DNA of 52,313 bases from a virus (lineage: Duplodnaviria > Caudoviricetes). The notes beneath the pieces were generated by a model, which was not told the origin of the DNA, searched no databases, and saw only the letters and a program-made list of their open reading frames with translations. Below, in pieces: positions 17,319 through 26,117 of the stretch (position 1 is its first letter; each line of letters begins with the position of its first letter). Location: positions 1-52,313 of the IMG/VR virus record IMGVR_UViG_3300037090_000125. One strand, written 5' to 3'. The position numbers and the translations under genes were made by a program.

Positions 17319-17762
17319 TCATGCGCTGGCCTTCATGAGCAGTGCGCCCGCTTCGACAATGCGCTCCGAATAATCGGCAATGTTGCCAGGGCCGTTGTAA
17401 AACTTGGCAAACCGTTCACGAACCTGAGGATTAGACAGTATCGCTGCACCGTCTTCGGTGAATTTCTGGATCTGCATGAACTTATCGAACACGGCCTCTT
17501 GCTCGGATTCGTTTGCAAAGAAGACCTGTATGGGCTGGGTATATGCGAGGGTTGAGTAAAGCGTCATGCCAAGGAATTGGAACTTGCCAAAGGAGCTGGC
17601 ATAGATTTCCCTTGCTGTGGGCATGGAGCATTTATTGGCGTGAATGATGCGCTGGATCGTGGGCGGATCGAAGTGGGTGATACCAGGTTCAAAGCGGATA
17701 GCGCAAATTGAGTTCCCGGATTCCACTTGCGCAATGATTTGCTTGAGGGTCGGATAGGTCAT
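17319..17762 (-). CDS. Endolysin, lysozyme-like fold
   Basis: IIAQVESG..AIRFEP, SSFGKFQFLG and FYNGPG motifs. Confidence 0.8.
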   Translation of the reverse strand: MTYPTLKQIIAQVESGNSICAIRFEPGITHFDPPTIQRIIHANKCSMPTAREIYASSFGKFQFLGMTLYSTLAYTQPIQVFFANESEQEAVFDKFMQIQKFTEDGAAILSNPQVRERFAKFYNGPGNIADYSERIVEAGALLMKASA

Positions 17763-18346
17763 TAGCCTTTAGTCCAATCATTGATAGCGAACTGCCACTG
17801 CGACTGGCTTCTTTTCCCAAATTGAGGAATGCCTGCATCTTCCGACAGAGCGCAACCGCATTCGTGCGCGGCACTGGCATATTCGGGACTCATCTGACCG
17901 GGTCGACACGATCCGGCAAAGCGGTCAACCACATCAAACATCTTGGGTCCATGGAGGCTGTTTGCTCGGGCATGGATAGTTTCGGCAGCTCGAACCATTA
18001 TTGCGGTCGAGTCGGGAACGACGCCCAAGAGGCGCCGTTTAGCTTTTTTCTTCTGTGCTCTGGAAAGTCCTCGGGCGGGAAAACTACTCTGGTTTGTCTC
18101 CCTATTCAGTACCTCGTGCGGCCTGCTCGGGGACGCGGTGCCTGCTCTGTTTTTCACGGTGAGAGTGTGTTTCCCATTTTCAGGCTCCGGTTCCTTCCAG
18201 TCAAGTGGGGACCCCGTGGCCCCCACCCGCCGGAGGAGGAAAAGAATGGTAGCATTCGAGGGGCAGTGTACACCCGGTTTTGGCAACATCGGCGTATAAG
18301 CCAGTAGAAAAGCTGATGTTTGGCGCATGATTGGTTCATGGTTCAA
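17762..18346 (-). CDS. Hypothetical protein or late leader (start uncertain)
   Basis: Stop overlaps the endolysin ATG (TAATG); N-terminal half looks atypical. Confidence 0.3.
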   Translation of the reverse strand: MNHEPIMRQTSAFLLAYTPMLPKPGVHCPSNATILFLLRRVGATGSPLDWKEPEPENGKHTLTVKNRAGTASPSRPHEVLNRETNQSSFPARGLSRAQKKKAKRRLLGVVPDSTAIMVRAAETIHARANSLHGPKMFDVVDRFAGSCRPGQMSPEYASAAHECGCALSEDAGIPQFGKRSQSQWQFAINDWTKG

Positions 18347-18410
18347 ATATCTTCCCGCTTGCCCTTAAGTTCTAACCGTTTCGTCTAAGTGTTTTCTAAG
18401 TGATCTTTTC

Positions 18411-18467
18411 CACTTTCAGAGTGCATTATTAATTTGACAACGCACCTTGAGAGTGCTATCTTATAAT
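18411..18467 (+). promoter_or_regulatory. Promoter of plus-strand moron with two operator-like palindromes
   Basis: TTGACA(18434)-17bp-TATCTT with TG; CACTTTCAGAGTGC 18411-18424 and GCACCTTGAGAGTGC 18442-18456. Confidence 0.6.
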
Positions 18468-18505
18468 CAACGAATAAGACGAACTCAAACGACAAAGGAG
18501 CGAAC

Positions 18506-18706
18506 ATGGACGCAAACTGCGACGTAATAGCAAAAAGCTGGAAAGAAGAAGTGATTTTTGAAGGCGCAACCAGAAAGGGTCGCGATTGGATACAGAAAAA
18601 CTGGAAATCAGACACTTTCCGAACAGAGAGCCTCCTAAATGCCGCCGTGCACGTACGAACAATGAATTCAGACGGACTGTCGGTAGTGCTTTTGTGTGGC
18701 GTATAG
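18506..18706 (+). CDS. Hypothetical protein (moron)
   Basis: AAGGAG RBS after the promoter. Confidence 0.65.
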   Translation: MDANCDVIAKSWKEEVIFEGATRKGRDWIQKNWKSDTFRTESLLNAAVHVRTMNSDGLSVVLLCGV

Positions 18707-18759
18707 ATGCTCTCAATCCGGTGGCCTGCGGGCCGCCCCCAAAACAGAAAGGACAGAAA

Positions 18760-19056
18760 ATGAAAATCACGCGCACAGAAATAGCGGATAAACTCAACAG
18801 GGAAATCGCAGAAATCAACGACCTCGAAAAACAATACGCCGATCAACCGGAATATGCTGATGCCGTAGCAGACGAGATCAATCGCCGGACTAATTATGAA
18901 AACGCAATCAAGGCCCTTCCGGTCCTCTCTGATTCCGACATCGATTTGATCCTCCACATGGGTCTCGTTGGCAATAACGCCGCAGCATTTGCGGTATACA
19001 TCGCTAAGGTTCAGTCTGGACGTTTGCATCGCCACCGCGAACTGCCGGTTTTCTAA
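18760..19056 (+). CDS. Hypothetical protein (moron)
   Basis: AAAGGA RBS before MKITRTEIA. Confidence 0.65.
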   Translation: MKITRTEIADKLNREIAEINDLEKQYADQPEYADAVADEINRRTNYENAIKALPVLSDSDIDLILHMGLVGNNAAAFAVYIAKVQSGRLHRHRELPVF

Positions 19057-19080
19057 CCACCAAAAAACAGGAGAAACCCA

Positions 19081-19395
19081 ATGAAAAAAATCATCGACGG
19101 ACTCAGATACGACACGGAAAAGGCTGTAGAAATTGGATCGTATGACACCGGTCTCGGGAACCGTGATTTCCGGAACTGGTCCGCAACTCTCTATCGAACG
19201 CCCCGGAGCAATAGGTATTTTCTGGCTGGTTCGGGCGGACCAATGACCAGGTTCGCCCGAAGTGTCGGCAATATGAGCAGCGGCGGAGACGGTTTGTTTC
19301 CCATGACCGCACAGGAGGCGCTTGAATGGGCCGAGCAGTACCTGGACGCTGATGCTATCGAACAGCATTTCGGCGATGCCATCCAGGACGCCTGA
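19081..19395 (+). CDS. Conserved phage/plasmid hypothetical protein
   Basis: MKKIIDGLRYDTEKA..LYRT...RYFLAGSGG pattern; AGGAG RBS; GGGAGGG/CCCTCCC hairpin follows. Confidence 0.75.
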   Translation: MKKIIDGLRYDTEKAVEIGSYDTGLGNRDFRNWSATLYRTPRSNRYFLAGSGGPMTRFARSVGNMSSGGDGLFPMTAQEALEWAEQYLDADAIEQHFGDAIQDA

Positions 19396-19424
19396 ACTAG
19401 CCGGGGGGGAGGGACCGCCCTCCC

Positions 19425-19625
19425 TTATTTCATTAATGGCCCGGACTTCGTCGCTTCCTTACCCCATTCGTCGATATTGTCCGTATGCGAATACCAGACG
19501 CCTTTTTTGGAATCCGACAATTTCCGAGCTGGGAAACCCTGCCGGACAATCAATTTAAATACTGTGTCCCAGTCCATTTTCATGTGTCCGGCAATCGCGT
19601 TTCTTCCTACAAGCAACCCCATCAA
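19425..19625 (-). CDS. Excisionase/MerR-like winged-HTH protein, candidate late regulator
   Basis: LVGRNAIAGHM..W.TV..L....GFPARKL..VWYS..NIDEW; last early gene before the lysis/late operon. Confidence 0.6.
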   Translation of the reverse strand: MMGLLVGRNAIAGHMKMDWDTVFKLIVRQGFPARKLSDSKKGVWYSHTDNIDEWGKEATKSGPLMK

Positions 19626-19735
19626 TTTCGCCCTCCCCTTTTTAGTGTAGATTATGCCGTCAACCCCCCGATTAACGTGGTGCGTGGTTATTGGCCCTCA
19701 TACTCGATTCCTCCTTGGCCTCTATCAGCTTCTCC

Positions 19736-19939
19736 TCATCCATGTGCCCTCTCCTCCATAAAAGCTACAGCGACAGCCGCTTGCCATCCGGTCCACATGT
19801 CCTGGACTCTGCAATTAAAATAAGTAGAACTTCCCATATTGGTGGGATAGAAAAGCCGCTCGTTGCTTGGTCCGAAATATTTACGCGCCCATTGCTCAAA
19901 TTTCTCTCTCACTATGTCGGGCAATCTGTCATGTTCCAT
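19736..19939 (-). CDS. Hypothetical protein
   Basis: AAGGAG RBS; REKFEQW..Y...VQDMWTGWQAA phage motif. Confidence 0.6.
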   Translation of the reverse strand: MEHDRLPDIVREKFEQWARKYFGPSNERLFYPTNMGSSTYFNCRVQDMWTGWQAAVAVAFMEERAHG

Positions 19940-20018
19940 GTGCCTTCTCCTTGCGTTTTGTGTGTTGGGGTGTAAATTGCCCCGGCTCCATATCCGTTCG
20001 TTGATTCTTGCTTCACTT

Positions 20019-20273
20019 TTACAGTACAGAGTCCACGGTCCCCGTAAATTTCCCGCCAAGACCTGACCGCTTTGCACTCTCTCTCCGTTTCTCCCTGCTT
20101 TCTTCGCTGATGTTGGGATTCTTGCCCATGCGGTAACTCCATAACGGGCAGGGCGGGACTGAACCGTGAACGACACCATCGGGGCATTCACGGACCCATT
20201 CCTGATCGCCAGCACAGCAGACGGTTACACAGTAAGCCCTGATACTCTTGATTGCTGTTTTGCGTTCTTTCAT
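20019..20273 (-). CDS. Cys-rich hypothetical protein
   Basis: IRAYCVTVCC..VREC..CPLWSYRMGKNP. Confidence 0.65.
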   Translation of the reverse strand: MKERKTAIKSIRAYCVTVCCAGDQEWVRECPDGVVHGSVPPCPLWSYRMGKNPNISEESREKRRESAKRSGLGGKFTGTVDSVL

Positions 20274-20593
20274 TTTGTCCTCTCCCGCACGAGCCGGTAT
20301 GTACCAGCGTCGATATCGCCAGGAACGGTTCTACTTTGCCAGGGATGACTAGGCTCGTAATCTCCGACAAACAAGAACTCCGCCTTCTCGATCCCCTCCC
20401 TCAGCGCCGCGAGTTGGGATTGCGTCTTATCCAGTTCTGTGCTCAGTTCTTCGATTGAGTGATTCGCAGATTCCAGTTGCCCCTTGAGCCATTCGACCTT
20501 GCACCACGGGCACTCTTCGCCCTCGTCAAGCGCCCAGTGAAGGTGGTCCTTCGGGCATGTTACGTGTCTCGCCGCGAGCATTATGTCCTTCAT
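20270..20593 (-). CDS. Hypothetical zinc-finger/coiled-coil protein
   Basis: CPKDH..CPWC; ATGA coupling. Confidence 0.55.
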   Translation of the reverse strand: MKDIMLAARHVTCPKDHLHWALDEGEECPWCKVEWLKGQLESANHSIEELSTELDKTQSQLAALREGIEKAEFLFVGDYEPSHPWQSRTVPGDIDAGTYRLVRERTK

Positions 20594-20961
20594 TCCATCT
20601 CCCCCGTTCCCATTTGGACGCATGGTATCCCGTCCACCAGGGCCTCTAGTTCGTCCCAATTACGCACCTTGGCCGCTCGGCCACCCGCTTTTCGTATGGC
20701 CGCTATTTCCATGTCCTGAGCCGTCACGTTTTTGCCGGGCTTGTATTCCGCTCTTTTCCATTCGATGCAACACGGTATTCCACGTATAATCAGGATGTCG
20801 TCCGGGACACCTGAGCGCGTCATACCGTTTCCCAGCGTGCGGTACTCCCACATGACGCCCCGGTATCGGATGCGCAACCACTTGAGGGCAGTAGAGCGCC
20901 AGGCGGATTCGGGGGTCTGCTTTTTGCCACCTCGTGCCGGTCGTTGAAAACAGATAGGCAT
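20590..20961 (-). CDS. VRR-NUC / Holliday junction resolvase-like nuclease
   Basis: ES..SGVPDDI..IEWKR..TAQ..IRKAGG PD-(D/E)xK pattern. Confidence 0.85.
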   Translation of the reverse strand: MPICFQRPARGGKKQTPESAWRSTALKWLRIRYRGVMWEYRTLGNGMTRSGVPDDILIIRGIPCCIEWKRAEYKPGKNVTAQDMEIAAIRKAGGRAAKVRNWDELEALVDGIPCVQMGTGEME

Positions 20962-21113
20962 CAGTCCCCCTGTTCGATAAAATGCCGGAGCTTTGTGGCC
21001 CCGTCCCTCATGTATGCCGCGATAGTCTCAAGGCACAAACCCACGCACTCATCGCAGATATTGTGCGAGCACTCCGCTGTCACCGGTCCGGGAATTACCC
21101 CAAGTGCGGCCAT
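20961..21113 (-). CDS. Small ORF resembling the second half of a ClpX-type C4 zinc finger
   Basis: Own translation MAALGVIPGPVTAECSHNICDECVGLCLETI..; TGATG coupling to VRR-NUC. Confidence 0.4.
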   Translation of the reverse strand: MAALGVIPGPVTAECSHNICDECVGLCLETIAAYMRDGATKLRHFIEQGD

Positions 21114-21292
21114 ATTCCTTGGTTAAGAAAGTGCCGTTTCATCCGGTCCCAATAGCCCTTTACGTGGCACGCTGGACACCTCGACAAATGACAGCGCGAG
21201 TATGGACAGCCAGCGCCAGGCAAACAAAACACCATCATCTCGTACATATCTAATACGTGCATTCTATTCATTTCGCGATTCCTCCTTGGCCT

Positions 21293-21883
21293 CTAAAAAG
21301 GCAGGTCGTCGTATGGTTGCGGCTCACCTTCGAGCCGGCGTAATTTGGGACTTTCCGCCAGTATCTTCTCAATCGCCACAATGTCAGGATCGCGGACGTA
21401 AACCTTTTTCTTCTTGGTCCGCCTCCACAAATCGGGATCGCTTTGCACGGTCCTCGCCTTGATTTCCTCGAAGGTCTCAGGGATATATCCGGCCAAGATT
21501 AGCCGTTCCATCGTATCTGCCGGTATCCCTAAAAGCTCAGACGCATTGCATCGCTCGCATCGAAAAGCAAAACGGTACTTGTCCTTGTAGACAAATAGCA
21601 AACCGTCCCGGCAATGTTCTTCCTTGCACATAAATTCCCGGCGCTCGATGTTCTGCGGGTTGCTCCGTACCCATTCGCCCCACATGCCAAAAAGAACTTG
21701 CGGCAGGTTCTTTGGGAATCCCTCGTACCGCTCCTTGATATGCTCAATCATCCATTCTGAGCATACGGCAGGTATCCGACCGCACTGCTGCATCCACTCG
21801 GATACCGTTTCGTCCTTTGGCTCTTTGCGCTCGTAGTAATGGCAGAGCCGTTCAATTAATCCTGTCAGCTCCCACTTTTTCAC
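21293..21883 (-). CDS. Putative helicase loader / replication accessory protein
   Basis: Follows the initiator; helical N-terminus then CKEEHCRDG..FRCERC zinc motif. Confidence 0.6.
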   Translation of the reverse strand: MKKWELTGLIERLCHYYERKEPKDETVSEWMQQCGRIPAVCSEWMIEHIKERYEGFPKNLPQVLFGMWGEWVRSNPQNIERREFMCKEEHCRDGLLFVYKDKYRFAFRCERCNASELLGIPADTMERLILAGYIPETFEEIKARTVQSDPDLWRRTKKKKVYVRDPDIVAIEKILAESPKLRRLEGEPQPYDDLPF

Positions 21884-22607
21884 TTTCCTGCCTCCGGTGT
21901 TCTTCGAGTTCGATTTTCCATTGCGGTTTTTGTGGGGAAGAGCCGCTCATTCCGGTGCCCTGGATTTCAAATACGCCCTTCCACCCTTTTTCGATTGATT
22001 GGAGCAGTATTGCGTTTGGATCACTGCCGGCTGTTTTGAATTTTTCGAGCTTTGATACGATCAGGCTTTCAGCAAAGGTCGTCATGGAAGGTTTGAAGTT
22101 TTTACGGTGTATTCTGAACTGTTCCCAAATTTCAGGGTTGACCCACTCAGGGAGGACGAAGTTCGACTGTAGTTGTTTTTTCTTTACTTCTTTAATTCTT
22201 TCTTTCTTTACTTCTTGTTTGTGTTCACTTGTTGTTCGCTTGGTGTTCACTTGTTGTTCGGGTTGCTGTTCACCTTCCGGAATGTAATCCTGATAAGTAT
22301 GCCAATTTGTTATTGTTATTAGTGAAAATTTGTTGTTCGGTTTGATGGTCAGATTTTGGGCACTTTCTAAAAACTTGAGAAGGCGATAAACTTTACTCTC
22401 AGAGAGATTTAGCTCTTCGGAAACACTCTTGCGACCGAAAACGAGTTGCCCGGGTTCAAGTTGAACAAGCTGAAGACCCACCATTATCTTGCACGCTCGG
22501 CGGCTAGCTTTCATAAGACACCAACTCCAGAAGCTCCATAACTCCGGATTTCTGAGCATTCCAGAATCGATGGATTTACGCCAAAGTTTTACCCAGCCTC
22601 TATCCAA
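21852..22607 (-). CDS. Phage replication initiator protein
   Basis: MDRGWVKLWRK..LMKA..LEPGQLVFGRK..ITITNWHTYQ; C-terminal QSIEKGWKGVF; internal iterons. Confidence 0.88.
   Translation of the reverse strand: MDRGWVKLWRKSIDSGMLRNPELWSFWSWCLMKASRRACKIMVGLQLVQLEPGQLVFGRKSVSEELNLSESKVYRLLKFLESAQNLTIKPNNKFSLITITNWHTYQDYIPEGEQQPEQQVNTKRTTSEHKQEVKKERIKEVKKKQLQSNFVLPEWVNPEIWEQFRIHRKNFKPSMTTFAESLIVSKLEKFKTAGSDPNAILLQSIEKGWKGVFEIQGTGMSGSSPQKPQWKIELEEHRRQESEKVGADRIN
22219..22274. repeat. Iterons of probable replication origin
   Basis: Five tandem 11-12 bp units with TGTTC core, next to an A/T-rich tract, inside the initiator gene. Confidence 0.7.
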
Positions 22608-22765
22608 ATTCTCCGCCCCTCCCCGAGCCTATTGCGCGTCGTGCTTGTCTTGGCCGCCTTGTTCCTCGAAGCTCTGTTCCAAAAGATAGTTTTTATAGAA
22701 CTCAGGCAACCCGGCGATAGATTGCCTGAGAAGCCCCTGCCCAAACTCGCGGAACAAGAACTCCA

Positions 22766-23476
22766 TTATCTGAGCTTTTTCCTCTTCGCCGCCGTGCGTG
22801 CCTGGCTGTGCAATTCCATGTAGGTGCCCGATGAAGTTCCGCCCCGTTCCAGCATTTCGCACATCTGTTCATCGTCCGATACAATATCGGGATTTGCCAC
22901 TGTGCATTTCCATCCGTCCCAGAGCTGCCGGCCTACCACCAGGCAGCAATCTCGGTCCTTGGGGATATCGAACAACCTTGCATGGCTACCATGGCGGCAG
23001 TGTACGAAGTCGGCGCAGCGTCCCGACCACGTGCCGTCTTTGCGGCGTCGTGTCCTGCTCTTAACCAGCACGCAACCATTGATTCGGATCTCTTGGGGGA
23101 GCACTGGCGACTCCGGAAGTTCCGGTGCCACCCAATCTACAGGCCGCGCCTTCTTCCCCACGGGTGACGGCCGGCATTTCCCGCAAAGCGGCTGAAAATG
23201 GTATTTGTCTTCGCAGTGGTATTTGTCTACGCTCCGGACATCTCCACACCCAGGACATTTAAAATCCACCCGGTACACTCGTTTCGGTCTCATCGGCCGT
23301 GAGCACCTTTCGCAGAAAGGTGTCCCGTTGGGCTTCCGGATATGCTTCCCACACCGGCACACCGGCAGAGAATCCTGGTACTGCCTGACGGCCTTCTTCT
23401 GCGCGGCCCCGTGGCACGTTGGACAGTATTTGATTTTGTCTGACAGAAACCTCCCGCACCCCTCACACTTTGGCAT
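22766..23476 (-). CDS. Multi-zinc-finger Cys-rich protein
   Basis: Several CxxC pairs. Confidence 0.6.
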   Translation of the reverse strand: MPKCEGCGRFLSDKIKYCPTCHGAAQKKAVRQYQDSLPVCRCGKHIRKPNGTPFCERCSRPMRPKRVYRVDFKCPGCGDVRSVDKYHCEDKYHFQPLCGKCRPSPVGKKARPVDWVAPELPESPVLPQEIRINGCVLVKSRTRRRKDGTWSGRCADFVHCRHGSHARLFDIPKDRDCCLVVGRQLWDGWKCTVANPDIVSDDEQMCEMLERGGTSSGTYMELHSQARTAAKRKKLR

Positions 23477-23663
23477 CTCCTCCCCTTCTCCTATACGTGT
23501 TCCCCGTCATCCGTTCGCTCAGCAAAATCTTCCGGCACTCGGGGCAATTCAGGGCCTTGATGTACGGCTTGAAGTTCCGGCCACACGTATTGCACACTGC
23601 CTGGTGCCTATTACGGCCATTGGGGGGAACACGCGCCCTCCCATATCGAGTGCTATATGGCAT
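23463..23663 (-). CDS. Small zinc-ribbon protein
   Basis: CNTCG..CPEC. Confidence 0.55.
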   Translation of the reverse strand: MPYSTRYGRARVPPNGRNRHQAVCNTCGRNFKPYIKALNCPECRKILLSERMTGNTYRRRGGDAKV

Positions 23664-24504
23664 GGGTTATCTCCTTCCGGCTTTCCGCTGTACCCCGATG
23701 TTGATAGAACCAGCCCATCAAATCAGTCCTAGCCTTCTTGCTCCATCCCAATGCCACTTGGTCCGTGGTGATCGTGTTCCACTTCAGGCAGTCAAGGCCG
23801 TGAAACCACATCGGGTAAGCCTTGATTTTGTGGTCCTCGATGAACCCGCATCTTCTCCATGCTTCTTCCGGTCCCGAATCAAACCCGATAAGCGCATAAC
23901 TCGATATCCAGGACTTCGGACACTCGGCACGCACTAGCGCGTCAAACGCATCGTCCCATTCACCAGCATCCCGTTCGTGGTCCAGGGCCAGTCTGATATG
24001 AGGTCGGTTCAACCGTGCAAACCTCTCGGCGTGATATGGCGTAAGCAATCGGGCATCAAGCCCTTGATTGAAATCAACGCCCCGATGGTGCTCCAGCCGA
24101 TCCATGACTTTATCGAAGTGTGCCTCAGAAGACGCCAGGAGGTTGTTGTCGCAGACTATCGGCAGGTCCGGCCAGTCGGGTAGCTCTTGGAACTTTCCCT
24201 CGATTTTGCCCGTTCCTATCCCGCAGAACTGGCATTTACGGATACAGCCCGTGGTGGTTCGGGTAGCGAAGGGGTTAACCCTCTGCAAAACTCCAGGACA
24301 GTCTTCGCCGATAATGACGTTGGGGACACCGGCTAGGTATTCAGGCATGAGCTTAACGGCGGGACCGCCCACCATTGCAACATCCCAGGAAGGAGCACCG
24401 GCCTCAAGGTATCGTCGGACCTGGGGTAAATTCCAGGTAAATGGGATTGATACCATCAGGACCCGTCTTCCCTCGTGCCAAAAAAATGGACGTTTAGGCC
24501 ACAT
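23653..24504 (-). CDS. Radical SAM protein
   Basis: TTTGCIRKCQFC (CxxxCxxC), DNNLLA and DFNQGLDARLL. Confidence 0.88.
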   Translation of the reverse strand: MWPKRPFFWHEGRRVLMVSIPFTWNLPQVRRYLEAGAPSWDVAMVGGPAVKLMPEYLAGVPNVIIGEDCPGVLQRVNPFATRTTTGCIRKCQFCGIGTGKIEGKFQELPDWPDLPIVCDNNLLASSEAHFDKVMDRLEHHRGVDFNQGLDARLLTPYHAERFARLNRPHIRLALDHERDAGEWDDAFDALVRAECPKSWISSYALIGFDSGPEEAWRRCGFIEDHKIKAYPMWFHGLDCLKWNTITTDQVALGWSKKARTDLMGWFYQHRGTAESRKEITHAI

Positions 24505-24658
24505 CGGTTATATCCCCCTCCTGCTTTCCGCGATCTGCCCGGCTCGGATTGCGGCCATGAGGCGTTTCCACGCCTACCACCTCGAAGCCCGCCCTTGAGT
24601 AGCCCATAGCAGCCCCGCCGGCGCCACAAAACAAATCGAGCAATCGCGGTTTACCCAT
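24494..24658 (-). pseudogene. Internally deleted C5-cytosine DNA methyltransferase
   Basis: Own translation MGKPRLLDLFCGAGGAAMGYSRAGFEVVGV (motif I), followed at once in another frame by a KRLMAAI C-terminal-like tail. Confidence 0.8.
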
Positions 24659-24774
24659 CAATCGCCCCCGTAAAAATCGCCCTGCTTCGGGGCCGGGGTC
24701 GATGCCGCACTCAAAAGGCCAGAAAGGGCCATGCCCGCAAGGATTCCAAGGATCAAACCAACTAGAAAGCCCAT
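24658..24774 (-). CDS. 38-aa membrane peptide
   Basis: AGGAGG RBS; MGFLVGLILGILAGMALSGLL; TGATG coupling. Confidence 0.55.
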   Translation of the reverse strand: MGFLVGLILGILAGMALSGLLSAASTPAPKQGDFYGGD

Positions 24775-24785
24775 GTGCTTACCTC

Positions 24786-24876
24786 CTATTTTGCCAAGAA
24801 CATATTCAGTTGAGCCGTTTCCCTTCGAAGCCGTTCCTCTGCGATCCGGCAGTATTCCGGTGAGATTTCAATGCCT
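24786..24876 (-). pseudogene. C-terminal remnant of an N4/N6 DNA methyltransferase
   Basis: Reads (FI)GIEISPEYCRIAEERLRRETAQLNMFLAK-stop immediately beyond the IS right end. Confidence 0.8.
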
Positions 24877-24881
24877 GTCAA

Positions 24882-26015
24882 TTACCCCTGACTGAAGTCA
24901 GAGGCTTGCAGTTCCAAGAACGGGAGTAGTTGAGAATCAGCGTGGACTGCGATGGGCAAATTGACAGGGTTGCCCTTAAAACTAAGATTGATTGCGGCGT
25001 TTAAGTCCGCATGGGTTGTAAACCCGCATTTCGTACAGGAGAATAGGGCTTGAGACTTTCTATTTTTCTTAGATACAAAACCACACACGGAACAGGTTCG
25101 ACTCGTATTGCGGGGATTGACCGCAATTACAGGCACACCCTCCCGTTTGGCTTTGTATTCGATATATCCTCTGAGCTGCCCGAAGCTCCACCTCCCGAAC
25201 CGTTCTCTTTGCGCCTTGGAAACCGTTGTCCTGCCGTTGAAGCCTTTCAGGTCTTCAATTACGATTGCCCGGCAGGTGTCTTTAGCCAAAAAAACGATTT
25301 TCTTGCTGATTACGTGGTTCGTGTTCTTCTTGAATCTTGCCTCTTTACCGGAAAACTTTTTAAGGTGGCGTTTCGCAGACTTTCCGCCACGGCTTTGAAG
25401 TGCTCTTTTAAGTTCGGTTGCTTTCTCTCGGACTTTGTCCGTCGCTTCACCGGAGAAAGTATCTCCATCCGAAGTGGTGGCAAGACTAACGATTCCGAGG
25501 TCGACCCCCAGGAAACCTTTTGGTTCAAACTCAGGCAGTTCCGGAATTTCGCAGACCTGAAGCAGATAGAAAATTCCTTTGGAAAGCACAAGGTCGGCTT
25601 CACCTCTCCTGTGTTCGAGAAGTTCAAGTTGTTTTTTCCCTGCGAGAAAAGGAACTCGAAGCCTGCCCACAAGAGTCCAGATATTGACAGACTGATCTTT
25701 CATCTTCCAAGAAAGGATTCGGCTGTCGAAAGCGATGGAGCCGGTGTCTTTGAAAACTCGTTTCGTTTTCTTGTCTTTCTTGTACGAATCGGAAACCTTG
25801 GAAATGCACCGGATTGTCACTTGAGCGCCAAGGCCAAACTGTTCTTTCAGTTCAAAATATTTTGCCTTGTGAAGATCGTATTGTCGAAAGGTTTGCGATT
25901 CCCAAGCCCAAGAAGACAACGCATTGGCACATTCGTTCGAACGCAGAATCGTATCCATCAGGGCTTTGTGTTGCTCTGGCGTAGTCTGAAGTTTCACTTG
26001 GGCAATCAGTTTCAA
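24882..26015 (-). CDS. tnpB: RNA-guided endonuclease TnpB
   Basis: RuvC GVDLG, VIEDL, ADLNAA and zinc finger CSVCG..CTKCG; TTG start after AAGGA inferred. Confidence 0.95.
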   Translation of the reverse strand: MKLIAQVKLQTTPEQHKALMDTILRSNECANALSSWAWESQTFRQYDLHKAKYFELKEQFGLGAQVTIRCISKVSDSYKKDKKTKRVFKDTGSIAFDSRILSWKMKDQSVNIWTLVGRLRVPFLAGKKQLELLEHRRGEADLVLSKGIFYLLQVCEIPELPEFEPKGFLGVDLGIVSLATTSDGDTFSGEATDKVREKATELKRALQSRGGKSAKRHLKKFSGKEARFKKNTNHVISKKIVFLAKDTCRAIVIEDLKGFNGRTTVSKAQRERFGRWSFGQLRGYIEYKAKREGVPVIAVNPRNTSRTCSVCGFVSKKNRKSQALFSCTKCGFTTHADLNAAINLSFKGNPVNLPIAVHADSQLLPFLELQASDFSQG

Positions 26016-26040
26016 GGCATATCCTTCTTTTGTTTGAAGG

Positions 26041-26069
26041 ATTATAGATTTAAAACAGCGGCGTGTCAA
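26041..26069 (-). promoter_or_regulatory. Consensus sigma70 promoter inside IS left end
   Basis: TTGACA-17bp-TATAAT on the minus strand. Confidence 0.8.
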
Positions 26070-26117
26070 GCCGCAATTCCTCCCCTGATTGAAATCAGGG
26101 GTTTCCTTGCGGAGGTT

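Noticed and set aside
17860-17960. Possible tRNA or hammerhead-like RNA in the late leader
   Set aside because: No cloverleaf with a T-loop; CAGATGAG lacks the CUGANGA/GAAA core
18385-19368. 327-aa minus-strand ORF
   Set aside because: Overlaps three plus-strand genes with good RBSs and a promoter
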